A stretch of 64,000 bases of DNA from Podarcis bocagei (taxonomy: Eukaryota). The translations under genes and the position numbers were made by a program. Every line of letters begins with the position of its first letter. Position 1 is the stretch's first letter. The notes beneath the pieces were generated by a model, which saw only the letters and a program-made list of their open reading frames with translations, made no database searches and had not been told where the DNA came from. The DNA is taken from the NCBI GenBank assembly GCA_964188305.1, contig OZ076888.1. One strand, written 5' to 3'. Positions 23,601-36,289 of the stretch are shown piece by piece.

Positions 23601-26194
23601 ATGCTTTTTAGCCACAGATTCCCACAACTTGGTTCACAAATTGCAAATTGAAATCGCACAAACAGTTTGAACTGAAACACCAAAGATAAAATGGTGCTCT
23701 GTTTAATCTTGTTTATTCTTTGTACGATTTCACCTGCATCCTCAAGGAAAGGACTTGGTTTAGTGGCGCTTAATAGATACCTCTCTTTCCCACTCCCACT
23801 TTGTACAAACACCCTGTGGTTATAATAGGTACCCAGACAAGGAGGAGAACTGAATGAGGATTATGTGGGGGCATGTTCATGGACCCATCATTCTGCATTT
23901 CTCTGAGAAACAGCTTTGCTGAGTCCCATGTTAATTGCTCTGCATGTGGATGATGTGCCTGTTCTAGAATAATTATTCCCATAAATGTTTTTTAATCACA
24001 TTTATTATTTTGTTATCTCCTTCCCCCCTTTTTTCCCTTTAGATGTTCACTGGGACCTTTGTTAGAAGCAATACTCTTGCTTCAGGATATGGTTATGAAT
24101 TTAGGAAAAGGAATAAAGAAGTGCTCCCAACAGCTTGTAATGCAGGGGTTGGAGTAGATAGGGAACTGCTGTTCAGGAAAGCAAATAAGAACCTTTGATG
24201 ACCAGCTTCTAGATAAACAGTTCTGTTAAAAATTGTATTAGAAAATTAAGGAATGAATATAGGTGGTGTTACTGTTGAGCTGGGTTGAAGAAATGCACAG
24301 GTAATGATATCTGGACACTGGATAAATTGTTATTCTTGGTGAGATGGAAATCTGACATCTGACTGCCATTTTTGGCAACTGCCTCATGTTTTTTGGATCT
24401 GATTGACATATGTGACATTTAAGGAAAAGCTTTTGTTATTTTGCAGTGTTATTTTGCAGTGTTCAGCTCCACAATGATTTTCATGCATTGTTGAGGCAAT
24501 GGTAAATCTTAAAGCATTTTCAATATTTAAACAAATGCTTACATTTGTAATTCATGTGTTAAAGCTGACAATAAGTCTGTGTTGATGCTGCCTTTATTGG
24601 TAGACAAAACCATAATTGACTTTGGAGAGTAATTTCTTCATTTTTGAAGTTCTCCTGTATTCTTTCTGTCAAGTTTATTCAGTATGTTAAATGAGGTTTT
24701 ATGGTTACTTTTAGCATCTTTGAAATTGAGCTGTTATACATTCCATATGTCAGTTGATCTGGATGTATGTTTGCACTGGATTGTATACTGCATAAGTGCT
24801 GAGTCCTAAGCACATTTTTGCAGACACGTTTTTGTATATATTCAGCTAATTGTGGTAGGATCTTGAGAAGCTCAACATGTTGAATTTGTTTTTATATGGC
24901 AATGGTCTAAAAAGTTTCTTTTTCAACCTAATGTTTCTCTTCCTAATTAATTTTAAAAGTCAAATGTTTCAGGGCATCCCATGCCGATTAGTAGAAAGCC
25001 TCCCTAATATTTCATTTGCAGCCCCTATGCTTTCTTCATCCTGGCAGAACAACAAAAATCAAAGACTAATCCTATCTTTTCATGCCATAAAGGAGTGTAC
25101 TGACTTTAAAATAGAGGTTCATGGGGCAGCATTGTATTTTAAATATGGATCATAATCCATTGTTCTACCAGTTGACCTGCAATCCTTTCAGACATTACCA
25201 GTATGTTTAGAACTGTATAGCTGGATTCATAAGATTACAGACACTGCCCTTCCCTGACATAATTCTAATACTGCATTAGTGATGTTTGAATGACAGGATC
25301 ATGTTTGTTGGGTAAATCATGGTAAAAGTCCAAATGCTTACCACCATCTCTTGAGGTGCCTATTTTGGGGAGTAGAAACCTATAGCCCTCCAGAAGTTGG
25401 CTTAAATTCCTATAATCCCTCACCTGGGAGCTGTTCAACAACTGGAAGGCCAAAGGCACCCCATTGCTGATTTATAAGGAAATTTCTCACACTGTCTACT
25501 TACTTGCCCTTCAGATTTTACCAGTGTGTTGTTGGACTATATACCATTTTGGAATACATGGAGGAAATAACAAGATTTAATGCTCCCTTCTACTCTGGAA
25601 GAGACAGAGTGCCATGCAATATTCTGTCCATGTAGTTAGCTTTCTTATTTATCACAAAATTTTTATATTTATGTCTGTCCAAATTACGCTGGGCAAATTT
25701 GCTGATTTTAAAAAAGATTAGTAGTGTTACCTTAGAAGTCCTTTTGAGTTCAATAATACTTACTCCCAGATAAAAAAGTGTATAGGATTGCAGCCTGAGT
25801 TGTTTATTTATTTATATATATACCACTTGGCTGTAAACACAACAAAAACACCTAAGTAGTTTACAATATAAAATAAAACGTTAAAATTATCTATAAAACT
25901 GGTATTAAAAATAAAAAAGATTAAGAACTATGCTAGCTAAAAGGAAACAAAATGCATTTTACTTCTGTATGTCTGGTTAGGCTTGCTGAAACAAATATGT
26001 TTTAAGCAGATGCTGAAAAGAATACAGTAAGGGCGCCTGCCTGGTGTCAAGAGGCAGGGAGTTCTAAAGTTTTTGTGCTGCCACACAAAAATATTGTTTA
26101 CTTGCAGTTGTTTCCATCTCTGCATTGTATTCTATTGGCATTTGAGCTAACAGATTTGCCTTTTTCTGGTTGTTTCTATGTTGTTTACTCTTAG

Positions 26195-26292
26195 TGGACT
26201 TGCTGGGGCTGCTGAAGTGGCGATCGAACACAAACCTTCTGCAACAGAATCTGAGACAACTGATGAAGGTTGATGGAGGTGAAGTGGTTAAG
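26195..26292 (+). CDS. DOCK1: DOCK1 exon (~19), 98 nt
   Basis: tcttag| ... |gtaaca; DLLGLLKWRSNTNLLQQNLRQLMKVDGGEVVK. Confidence 0.96.
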
Positions 26293-26940
26293 GTAACAAA
26301 TCCATTTTCCAGCAGCTGTTTGGCTGATATATTGACTTGAAAGCATATTTAACTCTTGTTTCTATATCTAATATAGCTACCGTCGTGCAGTATTACTTTT
26401 AAATGTATACATTTTTTTTACATATATGATAATAGGGTGATTCTGTAAAAGTGCTTTATGGTTTTTACTAAGTGAAACAACCTGCTCATTATTTGTTGAT
26501 AAAATTGATTATTTACCTCCACTTGATATTGAAGAGGAAAAATGCATTTCAGAGAATGTTCTTGGAAGTTTTAAGTCTGGCTCATGCTGATAGGTAACAG
26601 AAATTGTGCATTGATTTATGCGCACACCAACTCAGATAAAACCTAATTGCATGTAGTGATGCATAGGGTTTTTGCCAAGGTTTGGTCAAGCTGTTGATAA
26701 CTTACCATAGTAAAATAACATGAGAGAGCAGTGTTTGGGCAGATTAGATAGGCATGGGTATGCATATGCATATGTAAAGTATCTTTTATACTAGCAAAGC
26801 CCACACAAGAAATTAATAACAGCAAGAAACATCCCCCAACAAACCCCCGTAAACAATACTCAAGCCCCACTTAGCATGGTCAGGGATGTCGGATGTGTAA
26901 TCTCACTACTTCTGGAAGACACCAGGTTGGTTACCCCAGT

Positions 26941-27014
26941 TTTATACTATTATATAGTATATAATAATATACTATTATATAGTATTTTATACTATTACAT
27001 AGTATTTTGTATAC
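26941..27014. repeat. AT-rich quasi-palindromic minisatellite, about 3 units of TATACTATTATATAGTA
   Basis: Read directly; lies just upstream of exon 20. Confidence 0.7.
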
Positions 27015-27055
27015 CTGTATTTTGTTAAAATAGAAATTTTAATATTTCTTTGCAG

Positions 27056-27145
27056 TTTCTCCAAGACACACTAGATGCGCTCTTCAACATAATGATGGAG
27101 AATTCTGAGAGTGAAACATTTGACACTCTGGTGTTTGATGCCTTG
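27056..27145 (+). CDS. DOCK1: DOCK1 exon (~20), 90 nt
   Basis: ttgcag| ... |gtaatt; [30 protein letters not shown]. Confidence 0.96.
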
Positions 27146-28093
27146 GTAATTTATAGATTTTAATTTAATTTATTCATGTTATTATCCCCTGGAAATAGCA
27201 GAGCAGCTAATATAGAGCTTCACATGGTTTCCATGTAGGGCCTCTTCATTTTGGCAGCTCCTTAGCCTTTGGGTGACCAATGATGTTTTTGGCTGGTAAA
27301 AATAACGTCTTTGGGTATTTATACTGCTATTTCCCCAAAGTGATTGGAAATCTATGTTTAAATGAATTTTGATGGACTAATTAAATAATTGTAATTTCAT
27401 ATCTAGAACTGGAAGAGAACTGAGTTTGGATGGCTGAGTAAAATACCCCATGTACTTCACAGGGACCAACTTGTTTCTTTTCCCATTTGTTTTCTGACAT
27501 TCTGTATTGTAAAAACAGAATTTTAGCTTAAATAAAAAAAATGAGTTCCTCTTAAAAGGGCAAAATATCAATTCCTGTGGGATGGGGTTTATCAGCGCTG
27601 TGGTGCTGGGATAAAGAAGGAGTTTAACCTTATCTAACATTTCACACATCATTTGCCGGTGGGTCTTCATAATCTTTGGCCCTCAGTTTTTACCTCTGGA
27701 TTTGAGAACTACTATGATACATTCGGATGTTACATAAGAGGCACGCTGATGCTTGAGCTCATAATATCTTGTGCTAGTATAGCTCTTAAATCTGAAGGTG
27801 TTGTAGGATTCTGTGATAGTATGGAGCAGAAGGTGATACAAGGGAACGAATTTTGAGGATGTATGGTTCAATGTGATGACAAAGATAAATTGGCCGTGTA
27901 CAAAATGGCCGTGTGTGAGCAGCCCCTCAATCTAGAGGTGAAATCAAAGCAGGAACATTGTAGATAGAGGTAGCTGATTTTTTTCTCAGATAAAGGAATC
28001 TTGCAGGTAGAACGGGGGGGGGGGTCTTTTCAGATTTCACTTCAGAGCAGGAGTGCAATATTAGCAAAGGTTCAAAAGATAGCTCTTGGATAC

Positions 28094-28531
28094 TGTAAAG
28101 GGAATTGGGGGTTGCTTGTGCGTAGAGGGTGCTGATGCTCTAGGCAACGTTCCCTGGCTAAACCTTTCCCTGGCTGGACAGCCCTTACTCCGTGGCTGTG
28201 TCAGTCACTGGCAGAATCCGTCAGTGGGCGTTTCCTGAACTTCTTCCAACATAAAAACTCCTTGACACCAAGTCTCCGCCTAGACTCCCTGCGCGGAAGT
28301 CTTCTACGCAGAGTGGGCGTGGCCAGCGGAGGTCCTGGACTCTCCTCGCTGGTCTCTGTGGAAGAGTCCTGGAGCCCTCTCTCCGAAGTTCTTCCCTGCT
28401 CCCCTTTCTCCCAAGTGTCACGCTGATTTCCTTCTCCAAGGGAAGTGTTCTCTCTCCCTCTGCTGGTCCCTTCTCCCACATCGTTGGGGAGCCTTACCTC
28501 CACTCTTGGCTCCGATGGCAGTTCCCTGACA
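28094..28531 (-). mobile_element. Solo-LTR-like element, 438 bp
   Basis: TG...CA termini with imperfect inverted repeat (TGTAAAGGGAATTG / CAGTTCCCTGACA); perfect 5-bp TSD GATAC (28089-28093 / 28532-28536); GC-rich. Strand inferred from the ORF only. Confidence 0.8.
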
Positions 28532-29329
28532 GATACATTAAGGTTATATTACAAAAACAACAACCCAAGAACAACAAAAAGGCAGTAAGAATATTTGTTG
28601 TTATTATTTTCCTTTTTATATGTCAGAATTCTCACTGTTATCAACACAGGAAAGTCACACCCTTTGGCATGCACACCAAATTAAATAATTTCATTTAATT
28701 GTTAATAACAGGTGGCGGTGTGTCACGCTAGTGACCTGGCAGGGAATGTTACATGCTCCTAAAGCATATTTCTATGTGAACTGGAGTACAGGTAGCTGCT
28801 CTCCTGAAATATCACCCCAACAAGAAAACATTTTCCCATTTTGTTCCTAACAAAAGTATATATCCACTAATTGCAAGAAGCTGTGGTTGGTTCTGGAAGT
28901 CTTTCATCCTGACAGGAATCCCTGCAACCTCAGCCTCACTTGCCACCACCACAAGTACCTGTGTCTTAAACTAGTTTTTTTAGGTGAATTTTATATGCAT
29001 ATGGGGAAATGGATACAGATATAGAGCATTCATAGATGATTGTTGGCAGTTTCTAGGGCTTTTACCTCAAGGCAATTTTCCCTCAAGCCATTTTACTTCC
29101 ACATCTCAGCTCTCTCCAACGGAGTTCTGCGTTCCCTGACTCTTGACCCCCCACAGACCAATAACCATCCAAGTGACTCAAACCTCCAGGAAGTGAGTGT
29201 GAAATTTGCCTTTCTCCCTTCCGTCAGAACTTGTCACCCAACAACCTCTGCTGAATAGGCTTTCATGATACAAGGCCTCCTTGCAGTCTGGGGGTCCCAG
29301 AATATATATTCTTATTAAACACAGTCATA

Positions 29330-29332
<3 letters not shown>

Positions 29333-29369
<37 letters not shown>
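29333..29369. repeat. (AC)n microsatellite
   Basis: about 18 perfect units. Confidence 0.95.
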
Positions 29370-29370
<1 letters not shown>

Positions 29371-30053
29371 CATTTCTCCACACAGAGAAATGGTTTTAGC
29401 TTTAGTGCAAGAGAGATCTATTTGAATATCTCACAGAAAATGTTCTTTTAAAAAGGCATTTCTATTCTTTTATTCCCCAGGTAATATTGGGTGTCACATG
29501 CTAGTGTGTCATGCCAATGTAGGGAACTTAAATCGCCTTTGTATAGTATTCTGAATATAAAAAATTGCCCGCTGGGCACCTGGGAAATAATATGTACAAT
29601 TTCCAGATCCCTGATAGTGGAAAAGTTTATGTCACTGTGTCCAAAGTTAGACTTTCTGAGCCAGAATGCCTTCATTTAAAGAGGTAAAGAATTAAAAGTG
29701 AATATCTAACGATGATAAAGCAAGCAAACCTAAACAATTCCGTAGAAAATTCAAAATATCCAGTTTCGGTTCATCAGCGGTGAAGAGAGCGAGGCCTCTT
29801 TTAAAAGCTACCTCTTCAGCATTTGAGTTCACCTTCTGAAGGCCTCTGTTTGGCTCAAGTGACAATTTTAAGTGCCTGCTCAAAATTGCACTCTGCCCTC
29901 CTTCTTTGAAATCGAATGTATGAAGATTAAATCCCCCTCACAAGTATACCTGGCACTTTGGAGGTCCCTTCTAACTATCTGTTTCCATTAAAAATGTAAA
30001 CATTCAGAATACTATATTCTCATGATAATGGAGTGTCTTTTCAAACTGAACAG

Positions 30054-30154
30054 GTATTTATCATTGGACTAATTGCTGACCGGAAGTTCCAGCATTTTAA
30101 CCCTGTTTTAGAAACCTACATTAAGAAACATTTCAGCGCTACTTTGGCCTACAC
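30054..30154 (+). CDS. DOCK1: DOCK1 exon (~21), 101 nt
   Basis: gaacag| ... |gtaagc; [33 protein letters not shown](T). Confidence 0.96.
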
Positions 30155-30289
30155 GTAAGCTTTTAATTCTTCTTCTTTTTTGACCAAGTAATATGTGTTG
30201 AAAGCTTCAGAATGTTTAAAAGCTACAGTTGTGATGTCTGGTTATGTTAGCTTGGTGGAGTGTTTAGGCTTATCAGCTCTTGAAGTTCA

Positions 30290-30458
30290 AGGCTGGATAC
30301 TTGCCATACATTTAAAGCATGTTACCCTCCCTTCTAAAGAATCATTGGACCTGTAGCTTGTTAAGGGTGCTAGGAATTATAGCTCTGTGGTGGTAAACTA
30401 CAGTTTCCAGGATTCGTTTTTTGGGGATGGGCTTAAAATGTATGGTGTATCCCAGCCC
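30290..30458. mobile_element. Fold-back MITE
   Basis: GGCTGGATAC...GTATCCCAGCC ends; core TTAAGGGTGCTAGGAATTATAGCTCTGTG shared with 52110-52443. Confidence 0.65.
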
Positions 30459-32401
30459 AAATGATATCCCAGGGCTATTGGTAGAGATGTGCCATCTTAC
30501 TCCTATGGTTACTTTCAGAGTGTAAAGATTGAGTTATGTATGTCAGGTCAATCTCGGTAATGGTTGGAGTTACCCATTTCCTCCCTTTCAGAGGCGTTAA
30601 AATGCAGTTCATATTTATAAATGGGAATTAGTTGGAGTAAAATGAGATTATAATTGTGGCAATATTAAAAACTGGTATCACGACACTTTTCTCACACACT
30701 TTTCTTCCCCTGAATGTCCACCAAAACCTGAGCTGTAGCATTTCTGATTCTATATTTGGGGTCAGCAGTTTATAGTCTGGAGTTATTGAACAGTTAAAAG
30801 TAATAGATACAATAAATTAAAATAACTAATTTTTAAGAATGTTAACTGTCACAAGCTCTTGTGACAGGAAAGGGCTATTTGTTTAATGCACACACAACTT
30901 GTGTAACATTCTGTAGTGTTCATTTTTCACTTAAATACATCAGTTAATGCTTGTCCTGAATGGTGCTAATAATGTTGAGACTTATGTGTGTTTATGTAGC
31001 TTTAATATAATATTACTGCGTTGAATGATTAGTTGTGAGGGAAATGCCCACAAATAAAACAAGCCTGTTCATTGAAAGATAGATAGGTAGATAAATAAAA
31101 AGCACACATATGACTGATTGCAATACCTGCTTAATTTTTGTCACTGAGGGATATCCAGTTGTGGCATCCCATTTGCACAAGAGATGTCCACTTGTGTAAA
31201 GGACTTATTGTTTTTTCCTTGCAGTCCTGGATGCACCCCCAAAATCTGTGGGTTGTGGGAGTGGTGCTTTGGAGCAGATGGGGGAGGGGTTCAGGAGGAT
31301 GCAGGAAGTAAGGGAGATCTTTTATTTGCCTTGTGTAGCATTGGATTTTACTCACAGCTATTATTGGGAAAGAGCTATTTATTTTTTAAAATTTTATAAC
31401 TAAACATATAAATCCATTAGGAATAATTGCTAGTTTGCATTTGGAAGATTTTGTCAGTATTAATGGCATCCTTATGGACGATACATACAGTGGAATCTGC
31501 TAACAGAATAGTGTTACCAATCAAATCTTAATTTTCAGTAATGCCATTGTAAATTAATTGACTTAGGATACCTGCAACACCTTTATTTATTGGGCAAAGG
31601 GCTGCAAAATGAATATTTATTTATTAAATTTTTATACTGCCCTTCAACCCATAGATCTTAGGGTGGGTTCACAACGTAAAAATACAAGATAAAAAACCCC
31701 ACAAAATCCACAATAAAAAATAAATGCAGTGAAAAGAGACTGTTTCAAATGCAGGCCCCACTAAAGAAGTCAAGCCCAGCAATCTTCATGGCTGCATTCT
31801 CAGGTCACACTAAGGGGGTCACCAGTGCAGTGCTCATGTGCGCAGTTGTGACCTTTGGGACTTCACCTGGTTTTCACAAAGGCTCTTGAGCCTTCCCTCC
31901 TTCATTGCTCCCTTCTTCATTAGGTGGTGAATGTGGTTACCTTCCTCCCCCTTAAAGTCAATAGAGATGGAGGAAGTTGGAAGATCTATTTCCTCTTTCA
32001 GCTCTAGGTGCTTTTCAAGGCTTGGGAGTAGCACCACAGCAGTTGAATGGAAAGCCATCTTTCAAAGGGAAGGGGGGGGGGGAAGGTGAGAGGCCTGACA
32101 AAGTGAGAAGGAGAAAATGGAGAAACTAGGAGTAGACAGGAGGGGGGAAAGTTGGGTGCCTCAGGAGTGCGAGAGATCCTTATGAAATTGCATAATTTTT
32201 TCATGGGTCCCCCAACCACCATCAGATCACATTTTTCTCTATGGACTGAACCATACAAATTATGCATCCAGTTTACTCTTTGCTGTCATGGTGCAGAAGA
32301 GTTCTTTGAACCATTGCCATGGTATACTTGATTGTGACTGTTGCATGCCAGTAAATAATTTTCATTTTTCAGAACCTACTTCTTTTTATCTCCTCGTATA
32401 G

Positions 32402-32527
32402 AAAACTGACAAAAGTTTTAAGAACCTATGTGGATAATGCTGCTGTCACCGATCAACTATTCAAAGCTATGAAATCTTTGGAATACATCTTCAAATTTAT
32501 TGTACGGTCAAGAATTTTGTTCAACCA
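32402..32527 (+). CDS. DOCK1: DOCK1 exon (~22), 126 nt
   Basis: gtatag| ... |gtacgt; KLTKVLRTYVDNAAVTDQLFKAMKSLEYIFKFIVRSRILFN(Q). Confidence 0.95.
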
Positions 32528-33078
32528 GTACGTATAGTAGCTTCTCTTATTATTATAGGTTTCAAATTATTTAATTCTTCTCTTATTAATATTAGATAAG
32601 GTGAGGCATATTATTATTTTGGGTATACTGAAAATATTGCCGTATTTCTGATTAAATGCATGTTGACCATTATTACGCTGTGTTCAGATTTTTTCTCTCC
32701 TGCTGACTGATAATTAATTCATTTGATGATTCTGGTAAGATAATATGCAGTTTGTCTCAATAAGTAGGCAAAATCTCCAAATTTTAATGATGCAGTAACA
32801 GATCATTCTTCAACTCCCTATCCTATTTGATCATACTGATGCTTAGGTAACATTGACTCTGACATAGAGTTAAGATTATCTCTTAGCTATAAGGAAAATG
32901 CTTAGTCAGTGTTATTTTAGGATAAGGTAAGTTTGCATTTATTGTGCTTTGTACTGTTTCTAAATATTAGCGGTAGCAAATGTGGTGCTCTCTAGTTGCT
33001 ATTGGACCTCAACTTCCATTAAACCCAATATTAAAGTTGTACTCCAACAAAATTTGGAGGCACCATGTTGGCCTTTTA

Positions 33079-33108
33079 GATGATGATGATGATGATGATG
33101 ATGATGAT
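33079..33108. repeat. (GAT)10 microsatellite next to the exon 23 acceptor
   Basis: Ends 12 nt before the exon. Confidence 0.95.
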
Positions 33109-33120
33109 ATTGTTTTTCAG

Positions 33121-33229
33121 ACTTTATGAAAACAAAGGCGAAGCTGATTTTAGGGAATCTTTACTTCAGCTGTTTAAGTCTATCAATGAAATGATGAGCA
33201 GTGCCTCTGAGCAGACTGTTATAGTAAAG
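33121..33229 (+). CDS. DOCK1: DOCK1 exon (~23), 109 nt
   Basis: tttcag| ... |gtatga; LYENKGEADFRESLLQLFKSINEMMSSASEQTVIVK. Confidence 0.96.
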
Positions 33230-33311
33230 GTATGATTTGGAAACGAAGAATAACAAGGTTTTTAATATTGTGTACTAAGTGCGTTTGAGATTCATTATTT
33301 TGATTTTAATA

Positions 33312-33550
33312 CAGTGGTACGTCGGGTTACATACACTTCAGGTTACAGACGCTTCAGGTTACAGACTCCGTTAAACCAGAAATAGTACCTCGGGTTAAGA
33401 ACTTTGCTTCAGGATGAGAACAGAAATCGTGTGGCGGTGCGGCAGCAGCGGGAGGCCCCATTAGCTAAAGTGGTGCTTCAGGTTAAGAACAGTTTCAGGT
33501 TAAGAACAGACCTCTGGAACGAATTAAGTTCTTAACCCGAGATACCACTG
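33312..33550. mobile_element. Tc1/mariner MITE, same family and orientation as 3865-4097
   Basis: TA flanks; CAGTGGTAC...TACCACTG termini; colinear internal sequence. Confidence 0.9.
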
Positions 33551-34467
33551 TATACAAATAATAATTAGCACTAATATCTTTTTCAGAGGCTTAAGGTATT
33601 GAATGTATTTTCATGTCATGTCCGTGGGACCTCATCATCCCTCAAACCTCACAGCCATGTAAATAGGGGGTTGTCAGAACTGCAGTTGGAGATTGGAAAG
33701 GATTAATCTCCCTCCCTGGACTGTCCTGATCAGAAGCAGGACTTCCCATGGATTTAATTAATAAAAGGAAAAAAATCAGACTAAAAATTTAGCATAATGT
33801 ATAGTTTAGGCAGCTGATTTCAGGAGGGCACCGCTGGGCTATTGGGTTAGGCTTAGGTTTCATCCTGATGATGAGACAGGAGGAAAACTCCTCAGGAATG
33901 TAATTGGCTTCCAATCAGTTTCTTGCTCCTGCCTAGGTTTATTCTAGTTCATGCACACTATGCTCAACTGTGTTTTAGTAATGTGTAAATGGCAGCCAGT
34001 GTGTCTTTACCAAAGCCATTGAAAAATCTTTAGAAGTATGCATATTATGAGAGGCTTCAATTCCTTGTTCTGCAAAATTATGTTGAGAATCTGTGTGCTA
34101 AAGTAGAATTTTGTATTGTGGAATGTCCTTTTGAAGCCTTGTTTAAGTTCCTTTCTTGAAGCTAGAAAAAGATACATCAGTAGAACATTAATAGCGGAAT
34201 ATGGAGTACAGCAATAGACTTTCTGATATTGCAGTGGTATAGGTTTGGTTTTGCTGTGCAGTGTGTTTTGCACAGAGGTAGATGCATCTGTTGTGGCCAC
34301 CCCCCACCCCTTTAGCACCTTAGCAAAAAAATCCCAACACCAACCCTTATTCACATTTGCTTATTAATAGTTAATAATTTCATTGTATTTTTTAAAAAAA
34401 TCATACCCTACTCCTTAGCCACAAAAGACGCTCTAAACAAGTTGCACAAATAATTAAATCTTTCCAC

Positions 34468-34621
34468 NNNNNNNNNNNNNNNNNNNNNNNNNNNNNNNNN
34501 NNNNNNNNNNNNNNNNNNNNNNNNNNNNNNNNNNNNNNNNNNNNNNNNNNNNNNNNNNNNNNNNNNNNNNNNNNNNNNNNNNNNNNNNNNNNNNNNNNNN
34601 NNNNNNNNNNNNNNNNNNNNN
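34468..34621. other. Assembly gap (154 N)
   Basis: Run of N. Confidence 1.
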
Positions 34622-36289
34622 TCTCTCTTCACTTATCTAGGTCCCCACACTGTGGTGATCTTTGAGCAATTGGCGATTTGTGAAATTATAGTTCTATTAA
34701 TTTAGATCAGCCTAGAAAATACCTTTCCATATTCTGTTACAGGGTAGTTAGTCATTTAAATAAATGAGAAATTTGTTTCCTATAATAACTCTGCTTGCGA
34801 ACTGTGTCATTTTCATTAAAGAATAATTAACTTTACGGTGGTTGAGCTTCTGCCACAATATATAGGATGCCTTGAAAGATACAGAAAATGTTCCATGGTG
34901 AGCATGTTGTCTTCACATAACAGAAGGGGAAATAGGATTTGAGAACTATTTAAATGACTAGATAGCCTCGCACCATTTCATTCTTTTTTTTTTAACACTG
35001 GTTTTCTTTATTTTCATGGTACAGAAGATAAATTTTGAGAAAACAATTGTTACAACAGTAAGCAACAAGTAACTTGTCCTAATAAAATTACAGACTTTTA
35101 TCATGCCATTTGTTAAAGTTTCATTTGATTACTCTTAAGAGATCACGCCACATTTTCCCATGAGTACTGGGAGGATTTCTGCCACAGTCTTAACAATTTA
35201 TGTATTCAATAAACATTTGCCATATGTTATCAAAGGAATATGTTTTTGCCCTTTGCTGCTTTCACCTGGCATGTTAGTTTCTCAGCCAATGCTGTTGACC
35301 ATACTCTGTTATACATAGAATCAATGTTCAGCCCATCAACGGTTTTCCAACATCTGGCTTGTCTCAATATGAGCAAGCAGTCAATAGCAGTCATCCACAG
35401 GATAATCATGAGCAGACGGGAACAGGCTATTGCTTGTGAGAGGCTGCCTTATCTAGTATTCAGAGAGGTGCCACTCTTAACATCGGACAGCTGCGTACTG
35501 GACACCCTCAGGGAGGGTTTACATCTAGAGTTAGCTTCCCTGCCCAATCATCCTTCCTTCTGTGGTCTTGGTAGATTACCCCCTCCCCCGCAAAATAATA
35601 ATAATGAGGATTATCAGGAGATACTGTATGTCATTTGTTGGCCATTCTTGCAGAATGCTTCTCTAGATATTATTAAAGATTCTTGACAATTGCCAAACTG
35701 GGAGGTTCCTTACTGGACCTAAAATACCTCAACCAGTTCATCACTTAGCACAGCTTCAGAATGGAAGCCCAGTTATCTACCAGAGTAGCTCTCTGCCTGG
35801 GAGACTTCCTGACATCTATTCACCTGATGGAAGTCTACCTTCATAATCCCATTCACTCTAGCCACAGGGAAAAAAATTAGTTTATATTTAAGCAGTAAAG
35901 GTTAATGCATCCCTGAGAGCTAACTCAGGGTTAGGAGTCCATATTAGAGCAGTTAGTTACTTGGAGTTGAAAAACAAGGACTGGAAATTGATTGGTTGGC
36001 TGGCTGGCTGGCTACACTTCTGTAGAAGTATTTTAATGATGATGATAAAAATTTATCTCTGCCAAGACAAAACTGAAATAAAGTTGCCATCAGCTAAAAA
36101 AGAAAAAGTGAAACTTCTCTAATTTGTTGCTTTTTATGTATACTACATTTATAAGCTTTGCCCCCTTGAGTCTTGAAATCCCTCATTTCTTTAGGGAGTA
36201 GCATATAATAAGGCAAACAAAACCTTTTAATTTACTATATATTTTGAAAATTGGTTTATGCGTTCACCCATTTGTTCGTTTTCCATGTG

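Noticed and set aside
30846-30867. 10-bp palindrome CTGTCACAAG-CT-CTTGTGACAG
   Set aside because: Short, with a 2-nt spacer and no supporting context; not distinguishable from background.
34408-34632. ORF spanning the N run
   Set aside because: Artefact of the assembly gap.
35240-35686. 148-aa intronic ORF
   Set aside because: No recognisable homology or exon boundaries compatible with DOCK1; within chance range for 64 kb.
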